Shown here in pieces: positions 1-21,651 of a stretch of 64,000 nt of DNA (positions are counted from its first letter, which is position 1; each line of letters opens with the position of its first letter). The notes below the pieces were generated by a model that was not told the DNA's origin, searched no databases, and saw nothing but the letters and a program-made list of their open reading frames with translations. This DNA comes from Dictyostelium discoideum (Eukaryota). The stretch spans positions 5,792,001-5,856,000 of the forward strand of contig CM000151.3 in NCBI GenBank assembly GCA_000004695.1. Reading direction: 5' to 3'. The position numbers and the translations under genes were made by a program.

Positions 1-1
1 A

Positions 2-163
2 CATGCTATCCTATTAGCTGTTGGTGGTAAATTAACTGATCCTCAAGGTAATGATATTATTTACTCAACCGATCCTGAAAAAATTGAAAATAAAAATGGT
101 ATAATCATTACAATATCAAATCATCAAAAGTATATTGATTTATTAAAAAATTTTAAAAATTAA
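2..163 (+). CDS. 3' terminal fragment (last 53 codons) of a gene that starts upstream of the window; product not recognised
   Basis: Frame 2 is open from the window edge to TAA at 161..163. It reads a plausible globular peptide (HAILLAVGGKLTDPQGNDIIYSTDPEKIENKNGIIITISNHQKYIDLLKNFKN) and is followed by AT-rich 3' flank. Confidence 0.35.
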   Translation, partial: HAILLAVGGKLTDPQGNDIIYSTDPEKIENKNGIIITISNHQKYIDLLKNFKN

Positions 164-1236
164 AAAATTAAAATATATTTCAAAATAATAAAATAAAATA
201 AAATATCCCATAAAAAAAATGTAAAAATAAAAAAAAAAATAAAAAAAATAAATCCTTTAAAAAAATAAAATAACCCTTTAAAAAATTAATTATTTCTTTT
301 TTTGGTTTCTTTCGGAAAATCTTTTTACTCAAATAAAGGAATTTTCCTAATCAATAATCTTAAGATGAAAAAAAAAAAAAAAAAATTGGGTATTTAAAGT
401 AGTTTTTTTTAATCATTTTTATAGTTTCAACTCACCACATCCAAGATACTCCTTACTCAAAATAGGTAAATAATAGTTGTAATTATTATTATTATAAAAA
501 AAAAGATAATTTCTAAAATCATTTAAAAAGATTTATAGAGTAAAAGTTAAATTCCAAGTTCCAAGTTTCAAATGTCTTAACAAATTAAAAGAGTTTGCTT
601 GTTATCTGTGGGTGGCCAAAATTTTTAAAAAAAAAATTAAAAAAATGATATTGTTTGCCTAATATAAATCGGTACTGATCCAATGTTAGAGAAAGGAAAG
701 ATTTATCTATGCACTATGACATTGTAGATTGGTAGATAATTATATTATTACGACAATTGCCAATTTTTTTTTTCTTTTTTAAAAAAAAAAAAATCAAAAA
801 AACAATTTTTTATGTCTGGATAATATTTTCAAGCCAGTGCTTTTTTAATTCCAAAAAAAAAAAATAATTATTTAATTTATTAATAATTATACAATAAATA
901 AATTAAGAAAAAGTAATTTAATTTTTTTTAAAACAATTAAATGTTCCAATTAAAAGAAATTTATGCTATAAATTTAAAATTATAATAATAATACTTAATA
1001 TTTACTTTATCTTTTTATTTAAACCTTTTTTTTTTTTTTTTTTATAATAAATTCGTCCCTAGGAAAATATTACCAAAAATAAGTATATGTATTTTTATGG
1101 TTTGAAATAAAAATTGATATTTTATTTTTTAAAAAAACAAAAATGGAAAAATAATTTTTTGATTAATTCAATTAAATAAATATATAAAATTGTTGTTTGT
1201 AAAAAAAAAAAAAAAAAAAAAAATGAGTAGGCCAGT

Positions 1237-1276
<40 letters not shown>

Positions 1277-1307
1277 TTTTTTTATATAACATTTCACACT
1301 AAAAGTT

Positions 1308-2005
1308 ATGGAACAACAGCAACATCATAATTCTTTTTTTGGTAAATTATTACTTGGATTACTTGGAAAAAAAACATTACCAAATTCAACAATCTCATCA
1401 CCATGTTCACCTTCATTACCAGAATCAACAATTCAATGTGAACCAACATTTATATCAACATCAACAACAATAGATAATAATAAAAATAATTCAAGTTCCT
1501 CTTCTTCACCAATATCATCATTAAAAATTATTAATAACACTGAAAATGAAAATGAAAATGAAAATTTAATTAATGAAATAACAAATACATCTTTATTACC
1601 AAGTAGTGTTGAAAAAGATGAAATCTATATTAAAAAATTAGCAGTTAAATTTGTTGATGATTCAATTCCAACAGAATATGAAAGAAAGAAAGTATATAGT
1701 AAATTTAGAAAACAGTTAAATGAAAACGATGATAAAGAAATGGTATTTAATGAATTTTATAATAAAACTAAACATTTCTATCATGATAACAATATAAAAG
1801 AAGATATTCAAAATTTAATTAAAATAAGGCCAATTCAATTTTTAGAATTAAAAGAAAGAGAAATTCAAAGAATTGAAAATTCATTAATCGATTTCCCACA
1901 ATATAAAGATAAATTATTAAATTTGGTTGAAAATATTTTAAATCCATTTGAAAATGATTTTTTAAAAAGTAAATTATTAATACCTCCACACCCCCACCAC
2001 CCCTC

Positions 2006-2039
<34 letters not shown>

Positions 2040-2060
2040 CTAATTTTAAACATAAATTAA
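1308..2060 (+). CDS. hypothetical Ser/Asn-rich protein ORF; possibly the 5' exon of the downstream SIR2-like gene (see findings)
   Basis: The 250-codon ORF has an ATG start. The last ~25 codons translate a poly-T tract (FFFFFFFF), which typically means read-through into an intron. The ORF is in the same frame as the 2199 ORF and separated from it by a single stop. Confidence 0.4.
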
Positions 2061-2198
2061 GATATTGAAGAAATTTATCCAAAATTATGGTTATATAGTA
2101 AAACAAAGAAATTTATAATTTCAAATAAAATTTATATTTATAAAAAGGTTAAAGATGAGGCATTTAAAGAATTTGGAGAATATGTTGATAAATTAATA

Positions 2199-4113
2199 AT
2201 GATAAATCAAAATAGAGAATTTGAAAATGAAAAAATAAAGCAATTTAAAAAATCTGGTAAAGATACATATCTATTACCAAAAAGAATTATAATTGGTGCA
2301 GTTTTACCACCAACAATGAATAGAAATCAACATGAAAAAGATCAATTCTTTGTATTAATATTTATAGTTTATTTAATTCAAAATTCAACATTATTTTCAA
2401 TTTCAAAATTAAATTTTATAAATATAATTAAAAATACTATAAAATATTTATATATTGATAATGATGAAGATTTAAAAGAATTTATAAAAATTAATAATGA
2501 CGATAATGAAGAAGAAGAAGAAGAAGATGATGATGATGATGATGAAAAAGAACATGAAAAAGAAGATGATGATGATGATGATGAGGATGATGATGAAGAA
2601 TTAAATAATAATTATAAATCATTAATTAAATTATTAAAAAGTGGTGATTATTATTGTTTAACAGGTACTGGTGTATCAATTGGTTTAGCAGAATCATATA
2701 TTTCAATATTAACATGGGAAGGTTTAATTAATAGTATATCAGAGGAATATTCATCATCATCAAATAATGAAGATACATTATTAAAACATTTAAATGAAAT
2801 GATTAGTAAAAAAGAGATAACATTAGTTGAAGCAGTTGATTTATTAAATTTAAATTATAATTCAAAAGGTTTAGATTATAAAAAAACAGTTTATAAAATT
2901 TTAAATAATGCACAACCAACCATATTTTCAAATCCATCACAATCAATTGCAGAGATTATTAGATCATTATCAGTACCAATTATAACCACAAATTACGATC
3001 ATCTATTGGAAACCTGTTTAAATAGACAATCATTCGATTCAATTGGTACAAATAAACATGGTAATAAATTCAATGACTTTAAAGATCATCGTGAAAAAGT
3101 TTACCATATTCACGGTTCAATGGATAATATCGATGGAATTTGTTTATCTAGAGATGAATATACACTATCAACACCATTTTTCTTATCAACTTGTGCACAA
3201 TTAAGAAATAAATCATTTTTCATTCTTGGGTTTGGTTCAGGTTTAACTGATGATCATTGGTTACCATTTTTAAAACATTCATCTGTAAATCATTATTGGA
3301 TTTGTTCAAAAGAATCTTTAATTAATAAAGGTACTAGAGAATTTGCACTTTCTTCAAATCAAATTACAAATGTTAGAATAGTTGAATATTTACGTGAAAA
3401 TTCTTCTTCCTATGTAAATTTCCTTTGGAAATTGGTTTTTAACTCAAATGTTGAACAAATTACATTTTCAAATACTTTAACCATTAATCAAATTTCAAAA
3501 TCTTTTAATTTAACATTATCTTGGGATTCAATAAATTCAAAACTTTTACATCATAATTCAACAACTTTAAATAATATTGATAATGATAATAATTATAAAA
3601 ATAATAATAATGAAAATAATGATGATAAACAATTATTTTACTATGAAAATGTTTTTATTAAAAAATTAAATCAATCAATTACAAATAATTATTATAAAAA
3701 ATCGTATGTTTTTTTTTTTTTTTTTTTTTTTATTTCTTAATTTATCATATTTATTAATATTTTTTTTTTTTTTTTTTTTCTTAAAAAAAAGTAAATCAAT
3801 TAAAGTTTTATTTTTTACAAATGATATAAAATTAATAAATTGTAAACCAATATTTATAGCTGGTGGATTTAATCATTGGAAAAAAGAAAAAGTTGAATTT
3901 ATAAAGAATGAAAAAACAATGTTTTATCAATTCGAAATTACTTTACCAGTTGGAAAAAATTTTTATCAGTTTTCAATTGATAATGACTTAAAATTAGTTA
4001 TTAATCAACCAACTGGAAAATATATAATGGATGAAAAGAAATCTGATCATTATTTAACTAAAAATATAATTGATTCCCAAATGAATCCAAATCCAATAGA
4101 ATTAAAATTTTAA
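2199..4113 (+). CDS. SIR2_2-family (FAM118/ThsA-like SIR2) domain protein with C-terminal AMPK-beta/CBM48-type carbohydrate-binding domain; exons 2199..3703 and 3792..4113
   Basis: SIR2_2 hallmark motifs are present: CLTGTGVSIGL (GAGxS-like Rossmann start), IITTNYDHLLE, VYHIHGSMDNIDGICLSRDEYT, SFFILGFGSGLTDDHW. A GTATGT donor at 3704 and an AG acceptor at 3790/3791 give an 88-nt intron that joins in phase to the 3706..4113 ORF. That second exon encodes IFIAGGFNHW...FYQFSIDNDLKLVINQPTG, matching the AMPK beta glycogen-binding domain (VYLSGSFNNW...YKFFVDGQW...P). An acidic D/E linker precedes the SIR2 domain. Confidence 0.6.
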
Positions 4114-4326
4114 AAATAAATTTAAATTATTATTATTATTTTATTTTTTTTTTTATATAAAATTACATTTTTTTTATTTTTTTTATTTTTTTTTTTTATT
4201 ATTTATTTTTTTTTTTTTTTTTCTTTAATTTCTATAAATTTGATTATAAATTTTTAAATATTTTTTTTTAATGAATCGAACTTCATTTTTTTTTTTTTTT
4301 TTTTTTTTAAATTTTATAATTTGTTT

Positions 4327-7194
4327 TTAAATTTCTTCATCATTATCAATATTATTTTTATTTTTACCTCTATTTAAAATATATTTTTCTTGTTCAATAT
4401 TTGAATTAGTTGGTGATAAATGTCTACGAACAAATTTAAGAGTAAAATCTGGAACTAAAGCAATGAAAATCATAATGATAACCATTACATAGAATTTTAA
4501 TAAATGTAAAGCGTAAATGAAAACCCAATACATATTTGGAATTTGTGTGATGATACTGCTATCAACCAATGAGATTACTAAATAAACAATTACGGAACCC
4601 CAAATACCAATATGGACGATGAAATTCCAATGTTTAATTTCAATAGCAGCCTTTAAGAGAATTGAGAGCACAGCAAAGGTTGCACAGAAACTACCAGCCA
4701 ATTCTTTACCACCAATTCTACCCCATTGATTAACCATATCACCACTACCATCTAAAAAGAAGTAAAGACCAAAAAAGAATACAACACTATGATATAGTGC
4801 ACCAATTAACCAATTTAAAATAGAACGATATTGGAAGAGATGACAATCTTGAACCTCTTTAAATAGATGTGGATTCTTTGGAATGATTTTTTCATTTACA
4901 TCTTTTTCAAACAATGCCATGAAATAAGGTGGAACTGAAGTCATAAGAATATTGAAAGTGGTAACGATCCAACTATCGTATAGGGTCATAGCTGTCCAAC
5001 CTGAATAAATGGAGAACCAAAATTGACATAAAAAGAATGCCATATTCTTATAGAATGAATATTTGATACAAAGTGAATTACGAACCATTGAATAACGACC
5101 ATGAACCGTAATTAAACGAGCTAAATGACGGAATCTTAAAAGTGCATAATCAGAGGCACGGGCAGCTTGAGTACCTTCATTACCGAAAATACCAACACCA
5201 ATATGTGCCTCTTGAATCATTGAAACATCATTTGCACCATCACCAATGGAAAGACAAACTTCTTTAGTGGATTTCTTAACCAAACGTACAATCAATGCCT
5301 TTTGGAGTGGTGTGACTCTACATGCCACAACTGAATGACATTTTGCTGCAATCTTTAAGAAATCAGCACTATGATCTTTTAATACAAAGGTCAAAGATTC
5401 ACCATTGATAACCATTGAAACTTTTTTATCAACTTGAGTTTCTGGATCAATGAAATTTTCAATTGCCCTCTTAATTTGAGTACCACATTCTTCAGTTGAT
5501 TCGGCGTTAATAATAATGATTGGAATTTCTGGTACTAATAATTTACAAGAGTAACCGATATTAATTGCTGTCTCTTGTTTATCACCTGTAATAATCCAAA
5601 CTTTAATATTTGCTTTCAGTAGATAATCAATAGTTTCTGGTACACCATCTTGTAATTTATCTTCGATAGCAGTACAACCAACCAATTCAAAACCACGTTC
5701 AATTTGATCATTCAATCTCTCCATTTCAGCTTCACGATCATGAATTAACGTTGATGCTTCATGATATTGTTGTGACCAATTTGAATATTCTTCTTGAGAA
5801 ATTTCACGTTTTGCTAAAATTAATGTACGTAAACCTTCACGTGAAAATTGTGAAATATGTTCTTTAGTTTGTTCTAATAATTCTGAATTACTTTCTTTTT
5901 CTGATAAACGTTCCATCATAATTGAATCTGCACCTTTTGAATAAAGTATAATTTTACCTTTTTTTTTTAAATTTGTTAATTGTGGTGGTGGTGTTAATAA
6001 ATTACCGTCAATATCAGTTGTTGAAGAATCATCAATTGGTGTTGTTTCAGTTGAATTATTATCATTATTTTCATCTTCTTCTCTTAATAAAATTGACATT
6101 CTACGACGATCAGAAGAAAATTCCATAATTGCTAATAATTGATATTGTTTATCTTCACCCATTACTCTAATTTGAGCATGAGTTGAAGTACGATTTATAA
6201 ATTCAAATTGATTAATTTTTGCACAATCACATAATGCAATTTCATCTGGTGATTGAGATTGGTAGGTGATTTTACCAGTTTCTTCATTAACATCTGAAAC
6301 TGCAGCATGACAAAGTGACATATTCAAAAGGAATTCTCTAATTGATTCTTCATTTTTAGTTTTTGATGTAACTTCATCCAATAGTTGTTGATTCATTGCG
6401 CCATCAAAGCAAGTACCATTAATTGAACATTTTGAAAATAACATTCTATTCTCTGTTAATGTACCTGTTTTATCTGAAAATATATATTTAATTAATGCTA
6501 ACTCATCATTTAAATTTGAATTTTTTACAGACATATATTTATTTAAAATCTTTGATTTCTCTTTTTTTGCCACAATATTTGATAATTCAATATCACCATT
6601 TGGTGATATAGTTGTAGTTGTTGTTTTATCTTCATTTTTAATTTTTAATTCTTCTTGTGGTTGTTCAATTTGTTTTTCATATTTTTTATTTTCTTTATAA
6701 CTCATTTTAACATCCCTTATTATAATAATAAAAAATTAAAAATTAATATAAAATTTATATAATAATAATATTTAATAATTAATATACAAACCATTCCATA
6801 TATTTTGCTTGTGAAACTTTTACAACTTCTAAAGTTACCATTAACGACATTGGAATTAAAAATGATAAAATTGCAAAATATGAAACGAAATTTTTAACAA
6901 TTGTAAAACCTAAAGAATCAAAATCAGATCGAAGATACCAAGAATCTCTTGCAGTATTAAATTCAAATAATGATGATAAAACAGTTGCAATAATTACTAA
7001 AACAACTTTAAAACAAAAAATACCAATTACCGATCTACCTAATCTAGTTTCAATTGTTGAAAATTTACTTGGTGGATTCTTTTGATTTAAACTTAATTTT
7101 GTATCTTTACCACAATAAAGTACAATACCAATTATAAAATGTGTATTTCTTAATCTTGCACCCTAAAATATGTATGAATATTAATATTATTTTT

Positions 7195-7230
<36 letters not shown>

Positions 7231-7964
7231 ACACTCACTCTTAACATTAATTGTTTTTCTGATAATGAAAAGGTTGAATTATCATTTTGAAGAGTGAATT
7301 TACCTTTAAATTTATATAAATTATTATTTGGTAATTCACATTCAATATTTGCATTTAAATCTAAAAGTTGTTCTTGAGTGAGTGAATTTGTTTCTTTAGC
7401 GGCTTTAAAAAGTTTAAGATTAGTTTCACCATCCAATTGACTAGTTTCAACATAACAAATGCCATCTTCAAGATTTGATGATAATACTAAAATATCTGAT
7501 GGAAATGCTTGATCGTTATCAATTCTAATGAAATCACCAACACAAATATGTTTACTTTTAATTAACCTGAATGAACCATCTCTATAGACTTGGTATTGGG
7601 TATAATTGGATGCTTTATCAGCTTTATATCTACGATAATCCTCAAATGCTTCCTTTAACGCTGTCACAACCAATACGAATATTAATGGAAGTAACGAAGT
7701 AACTGGTGACAAGGGTGAAACTTGTGGGATCAATGTAATCACACAAATAGCCGCGAAATAAATATTTGTAATCCTTTTAAATTGTTCAAATAAATTCTTA
7801 AATATAAAATTATATCTTGTATATTTTGTTGTTGAAATATCATTTGATTTATATCCTTTGCTTTTATTTACATCATTTTCTGTGGTTTTATTTGGTCTAA
7901 TCTCTATAATTGGATATGATGGTCTAGCCTTCTTTCTTCTAATTTTTAATTTTCCAAGTTTCAT
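4327..7964 (-). CDS. P4-type ATPase (phospholipid-transporting flippase), 3 exons: 7964..7239, 7162..6792, 6715..4327
   Basis: DKTGTLTENRM phosphorylation motif and GDGANDVSMIQEAHIGVGI hinge are present. The N-terminal exon has the P4 signature TTKYTRYNFIFKNLFEQFKRITNIYF. The middle exon is absent from the ORF track; it is bounded by GTGAGT (7238 down) and AG (7164/7163) and encodes GARLRNTHFIIGIVLYCGKDTKL... (actuator domain). Donor/acceptor phases match (0/0, then 2/1). The C-terminal exon carries the predicted TM helices. Confidence 0.8.
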
Positions 7965-8394
7965 TTTTTCCTTTTTTTTTTTTTTTTCTTTTTCCTAAAC
8001 AAAAATGAAAATATTAAAAAAAAAAAAAAAAAAAAAAAATTATCACTTTGCGATGATAATAATTTTAAAATCTTAATATTTTATATTGATGAGAATTATT
8101 TTTATTTAAAAAAAAAAAAAAAAAAATTAAAAGAAAATGATTTTAAGATTTTCAGAATAATTCAGACAATTAATGATTAATTATGATTAATTGTGATTTT
8201 TTTTTTTTTTTTTCTGATATTTTTTTTTTTTTTTTTTTTTTTTGAAATTTTATTTTTGGGTCTTGTTATTATAATTGTAATTACTAATCACCTACCTATA
8301 AATAAAAATATCTTATAGTTATTTTTGTAAAAAAAAAAAAAAGAAAAAAAATTAAAAAAATATAAAAAAAAAAAAGTTGTGACTAACTGTTTTG

Positions 8395-8431
<37 letters not shown>

Positions 8432-8439
8432 AAAAAAAA

Positions 8440-8560
8440 AAATTCAAAAAAAAAAAAAAATCGATTTGCAAACACATTTTGGTGTTAGCCCAGAACACCA
8501 CGCAAAACAAAAATCATTTTTGGCGGCTGGGTGGACGTGAAAAAATGTGTTTTTGAGGTC
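8440..8560. other. isolated GC-rich island with inverted-repeat/hairpin potential in an otherwise >85% AT intergenic region; candidate small ncRNA gene or regulatory element
   Basis: tcgatttgcaaacacattttggtgttagcccagaacaccacgcaaaacaaaaatcatttttggcggctgggtggacgtg. It contains the inverted repeat GGTGTT-agcccag-AACACC and a GGCGGCTGGGTGGACG block, and is flanked by poly-A/T. Confidence 0.3.
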
Positions 8561-8902
8561 CTTAAAAAAAATAAAATTTAAATTAAAATTAAAAAAAATA
8601 AAATAAACAATTTGACAACAATGGAATTAAAATGAAAATAAAAAATAAAAATAAATTAAAAATAAAAATAAAAATGAAAAATAACAGCATTAATTAAAAA
8701 TAAAGATATAAAATATTTTTTTTTTTTAAAAAAGTTAATTTCTCTCAAAAATAAATTTTTTTTTTTTTTTTTCTTGGTTTGGAAAAATAAAAAAGTATGG
8801 AAATTATATAATAGTTTCAGTCAAAAATTTATTATAAAATTGACACAATATTCTCCCCATCTAATTATTTTATTATAGGATATTATTATTATAATAGTTT
8901 CA

Positions 8903-12775
<3,873 letters not shown>

Positions 12776-12926
12776 TTTAATTAATAAAGATTGGATTTAT
12801 AAACTTTTGACAATTTGTGTGGGGTGGGAGGTTTTTTGTTGGTTTTTTTTTTTTTTTTTTTTTTTATTATTTTATTTTTCACAATTTAAGACCTAATTTA
12901 TTATTTATTTTATATTAAAACAAATA

Positions 12927-12959
<33 letters not shown>

Positions 12960-13415
12960 ATAAAACACAATAAATAAAAGAGGAGAGGGAGGTGGGGGGA
13001 AAAGTGCTAAAAAAAAAAAAATTGTTAGAATTAAAGGGTCCCTAATTTTTAATAAAAAAGAAATAAAAATAAAATAAAATAATGATAATGCAGTATAAAA
13101 AAAAATAAAAAATAAAGATTTAATAAATGAAAATATTAATTAATAATAAACAATTTAAATGTAATTATATATATATATGAAGAAGTGTAGATTAATTTAA
13201 AAAATTAAATAAAAAAAAAATTATAATAATCTCTTTTTCTTTCTTTTTTTTTTTTTTTTTCGGATGGTTTTTTTTTTTATTTTATTTTTATTTTTTAATT
13301 AATAATAAATAAAGAAAAAGTACAACCAATACGACCATGGATATCCATACTTGTAAAAATGACAACATAAGTTATTAATGATAGTGATAATAAATAAAGG
13401 GAGAGGAAAAAATCA

Positions 13416-13473
<58 letters not shown>

Positions 13474-13520
13474 ATAATAATAATAATAATAATTGCAATT
13501 GGTTTATTAATTTTGTATCA

Positions 13521-13553
13521 GAGTGTGAGTGTGAGTGTGTGTATGTGTGTGTG
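13521..13553. repeat. (GT/TG)n microsatellite
   Basis: gagtgtgagtgtgagtgtgtgtatgtgtgtgtg. Confidence 0.8.
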
Positions 13554-13665
13554 AATTTTTGCATTTTAATGAGTGAAAATAAATGAATAGCATCTTTAAC
13601 AGTTTATACAATCTTTTTTTATTATACATACTTTTATTTGTAGTTAAAAAAAGAAAATAACGTTG

Positions 13666-13696
<31 letters not shown>

Positions 13697-14037
13697 GTGT
13701 CTGTCAGTAACGAAAAAAAAATTTTTAAAAAAAAAAAAATAAAAAAAAATAAAAAAATAAAAAAAATAAATTTAAAAAAATAAAATTAAAAAAAAAAATA
13801 TTAAATAAAAAAAATGTTTTAGTATGATTTTAATACCTCATTAACTATTTTTTTAAAAAAAAAAAATTGGTGGATTTCTTTTTTAAGGATAATTAAATAA
13901 AAATAAATAAAAAAAAAGGGAATTGATTAATTTATTTATTTACCCCCAATCCACAAGCTCACATTCGCACTTAAAAATACGGTTATGGTTAAATTAGTAT
14001 GTGTATTTTTAAAAATTCTTTATTATTTTATATTTTA

Positions 14038-14074
<37 letters not shown>

Positions 14075-14238
14075 CAATAAAAGTTTAATTAATTAAATAA
14101 TAGTATTTTTAAATATATAACCTAATCAGTTTGTTGTTACTTATTTTTAGGAAAGTTTTTTTTTTTTTTTTATTTGTGGTGTTTATTATTTTAATTTTTA
14201 TTTTATTTATATTTAAAAGACCAAACTATTTTTATATT

Positions 14239-14275
<37 letters not shown>

Positions 14276-14626
14276 ACCCTAACTTTTTTTAGAATTTCCA
14301 ATAAATTTCAATTTTTTTATTTTTTTATTTTTTTTATTTTTATTTTATTTTTTTATTTTATTTTTATTTTATTTTTTTTTTCTTTTAAATTTCTTAACAT
14401 AGAATCCTGCAAATGATAAACTATAATCAAAGCAAATAAGTTTTCTTTGTAAAGAATTTTTTTTATCAATATCAATAAATTACAATAATGGATTCAAGTT
14501 ATAATTATAGAAAGCTTATTTGTTTACAAAATAGTAGTGACGACCATAATAATAATAAAATAAAACAACAAAATTTTAAAAGATTATTCTCTGAATTTAA
14601 AAATATATTAGAGTTTAAAACAATAA

Positions 14627-15304
14627 ATGACGATAACAATAACAACAACCAATAATAATAATAATAATTTTGAAGAAACAAATGATGAAATAAATATAAA
14701 TATAATAAAATCATTAACGAATCCAAATGAAGAAAAAGAAATTACAAATAAACAACTATTACAAATCATTACTAATAATTCAATAGAAAAAATCATAAAT
14801 AAATATAAAGATAAAATAATAAACTACCAATTTAATGATTTTATTAATAAAGAAAATAAATCATATCCAATTGTATACTTTTCAGAGATTCAATTATTTT
14901 TAATTCAAAATATTAAAAATTTAAATTGGTATTTCTATAATAATAATAAAAATAATAAAAATAATAATAATAATAATAATAATATTAATAATAATAATAA
15001 TATTAATAATTTAATACCGTCAATAGCAATAACAATTTTAATATCATTAAATAATAATAATAATGAAATTAAAACATTTATAAATTACCAAATTGGTTCA
15101 TTTAAAAATAATAATAATAATTATGATAATGGTTCATTTATAGCAAATGAATTTAAAAAGACATTTAATGAATTATCAGATTATTATTATATAGTAAATA
15201 AATCATTTAATAAATGTTGTTTAGAGTTTATAAAATATATTAGAAATCATGAATATCAAGGTACTTTTGAAATTCATGTTTCAGTTGATTCGAAATCATC
15301 TTTA

Positions 15305-15337
<33 letters not shown>

Positions 15338-16015
15338 GAAGAAAAAGAGGAAGAAGAAAAAGAGCAGCAACTTGACAATAATAATAATAATAAATATATT
15401 GAGGAATTTAAAGAATTTTGTAAAGAAAATAAATTAAAATCAATTTTAATTGAATTATCGAAAGGTGAATTTTCAAATCAAATGATGACATCATCACATC
15501 ATCATTCAGCTGATTTATTTAGTGTTCAATTGAAAGCTTATGAAATTGCTTTCAATTTATTGGTAAAAGGTTATAATGTTTCAAGATTAAAAATTGAAAT
15601 TTTAGCATCATGTACTGGTGTACCTGAATCAATTGAAAAACATTTACAATTATCACCTTCAAATTATTTTGAATTTCATATAAAATTATTATTACCAATT
15701 TTAAATAATAATAATAATGAAAATAATTATAATAATAATGAAATTATTAATGGTAATTTAAATTTATTAAAAGAAATTATGAATAAACATAATGGTCATT
15801 TATCAAGAAACTCGTTCAAAATTTCTTTAGATGAAAAATTTGCTGAAAGATTTGTAACTTTAAGAATGTATTCAATTGGTAGAGATATTGCAACTGATAG
15901 ATTCGAATCTTGTAAAAATGAATTATTATTTAATAATTTTAAAATATCAACTTCACACAGAGAATATTCAATCTATGATTCAAATATTAATTTAGATATT
16001 GGTTGGATTGAATAA
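14627..16015 (+). CDS. hypothetical protein (462 aa ORF), N-terminus uncertain
   Basis: Long ORF with Asn-rich inserts and a non-repetitive, globular-looking C-terminal ~250 aa (…GTFEIHVSVDSKSS…LKAYEIAFNLLVKGYNVSRLKIEILASCTGVPESIEKHLQ…). No domain recognised. A short in-frame-shifted ATG ORF at 14488 (MDSSYNYRKLICLQ…) could be an upstream exon. Confidence 0.5.
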
Positions 16016-16251
16016 ATAAATAAATAAATTAAATTAAACAAAAAAAAAAAAAAATGAAAAAAAAAAAAAAATGAAATAAGTGATCACCTATTTCCCTATT
16101 TCATGGAAATGGAAAATATTTTATTTTTTTTATTTTTGTTTTTTATTTTTTTTTTTTTTTTATTTTTATTTTATTTTTATTTTTATTTTTATTTTTTTTT
16201 TTTTTTTTTTTTCACGACTCGGTTTCATAAAAAAAAATTTTTTTATTTTTA

Positions 16252-16282
<31 letters not shown>

Positions 16283-16488
16283 AAACGATTCTCGATTTTT
16301 ATCTATCTCTTTTTTTTTTTTTTTTCTCTCTTTGAAAGTGTTAATTATTTTTATAAAAAAAAAAAAAAGAGGTGGTGATTTTGGTTTGGTGTTTTTATAA
16401 AAAACAAATTTATTCAACCAAAAAAAAAATAAAAAAAAATAATAATAATATAAAAAATCATTTAAATAAATATATAAAAAATTAAAAA

Positions 16489-21651
<5,163 letters not shown>

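Noticed and set aside
3706-4113. ORF 3706..4113 as an independent 135-aa gene starting with poly-Phe
   Set aside because: Its first 25 codons translate the poly-T of an intron. It is better explained as exon 2 (from 3792) of the SIR2-like gene through a phase-matched GTATGT…AG intron.
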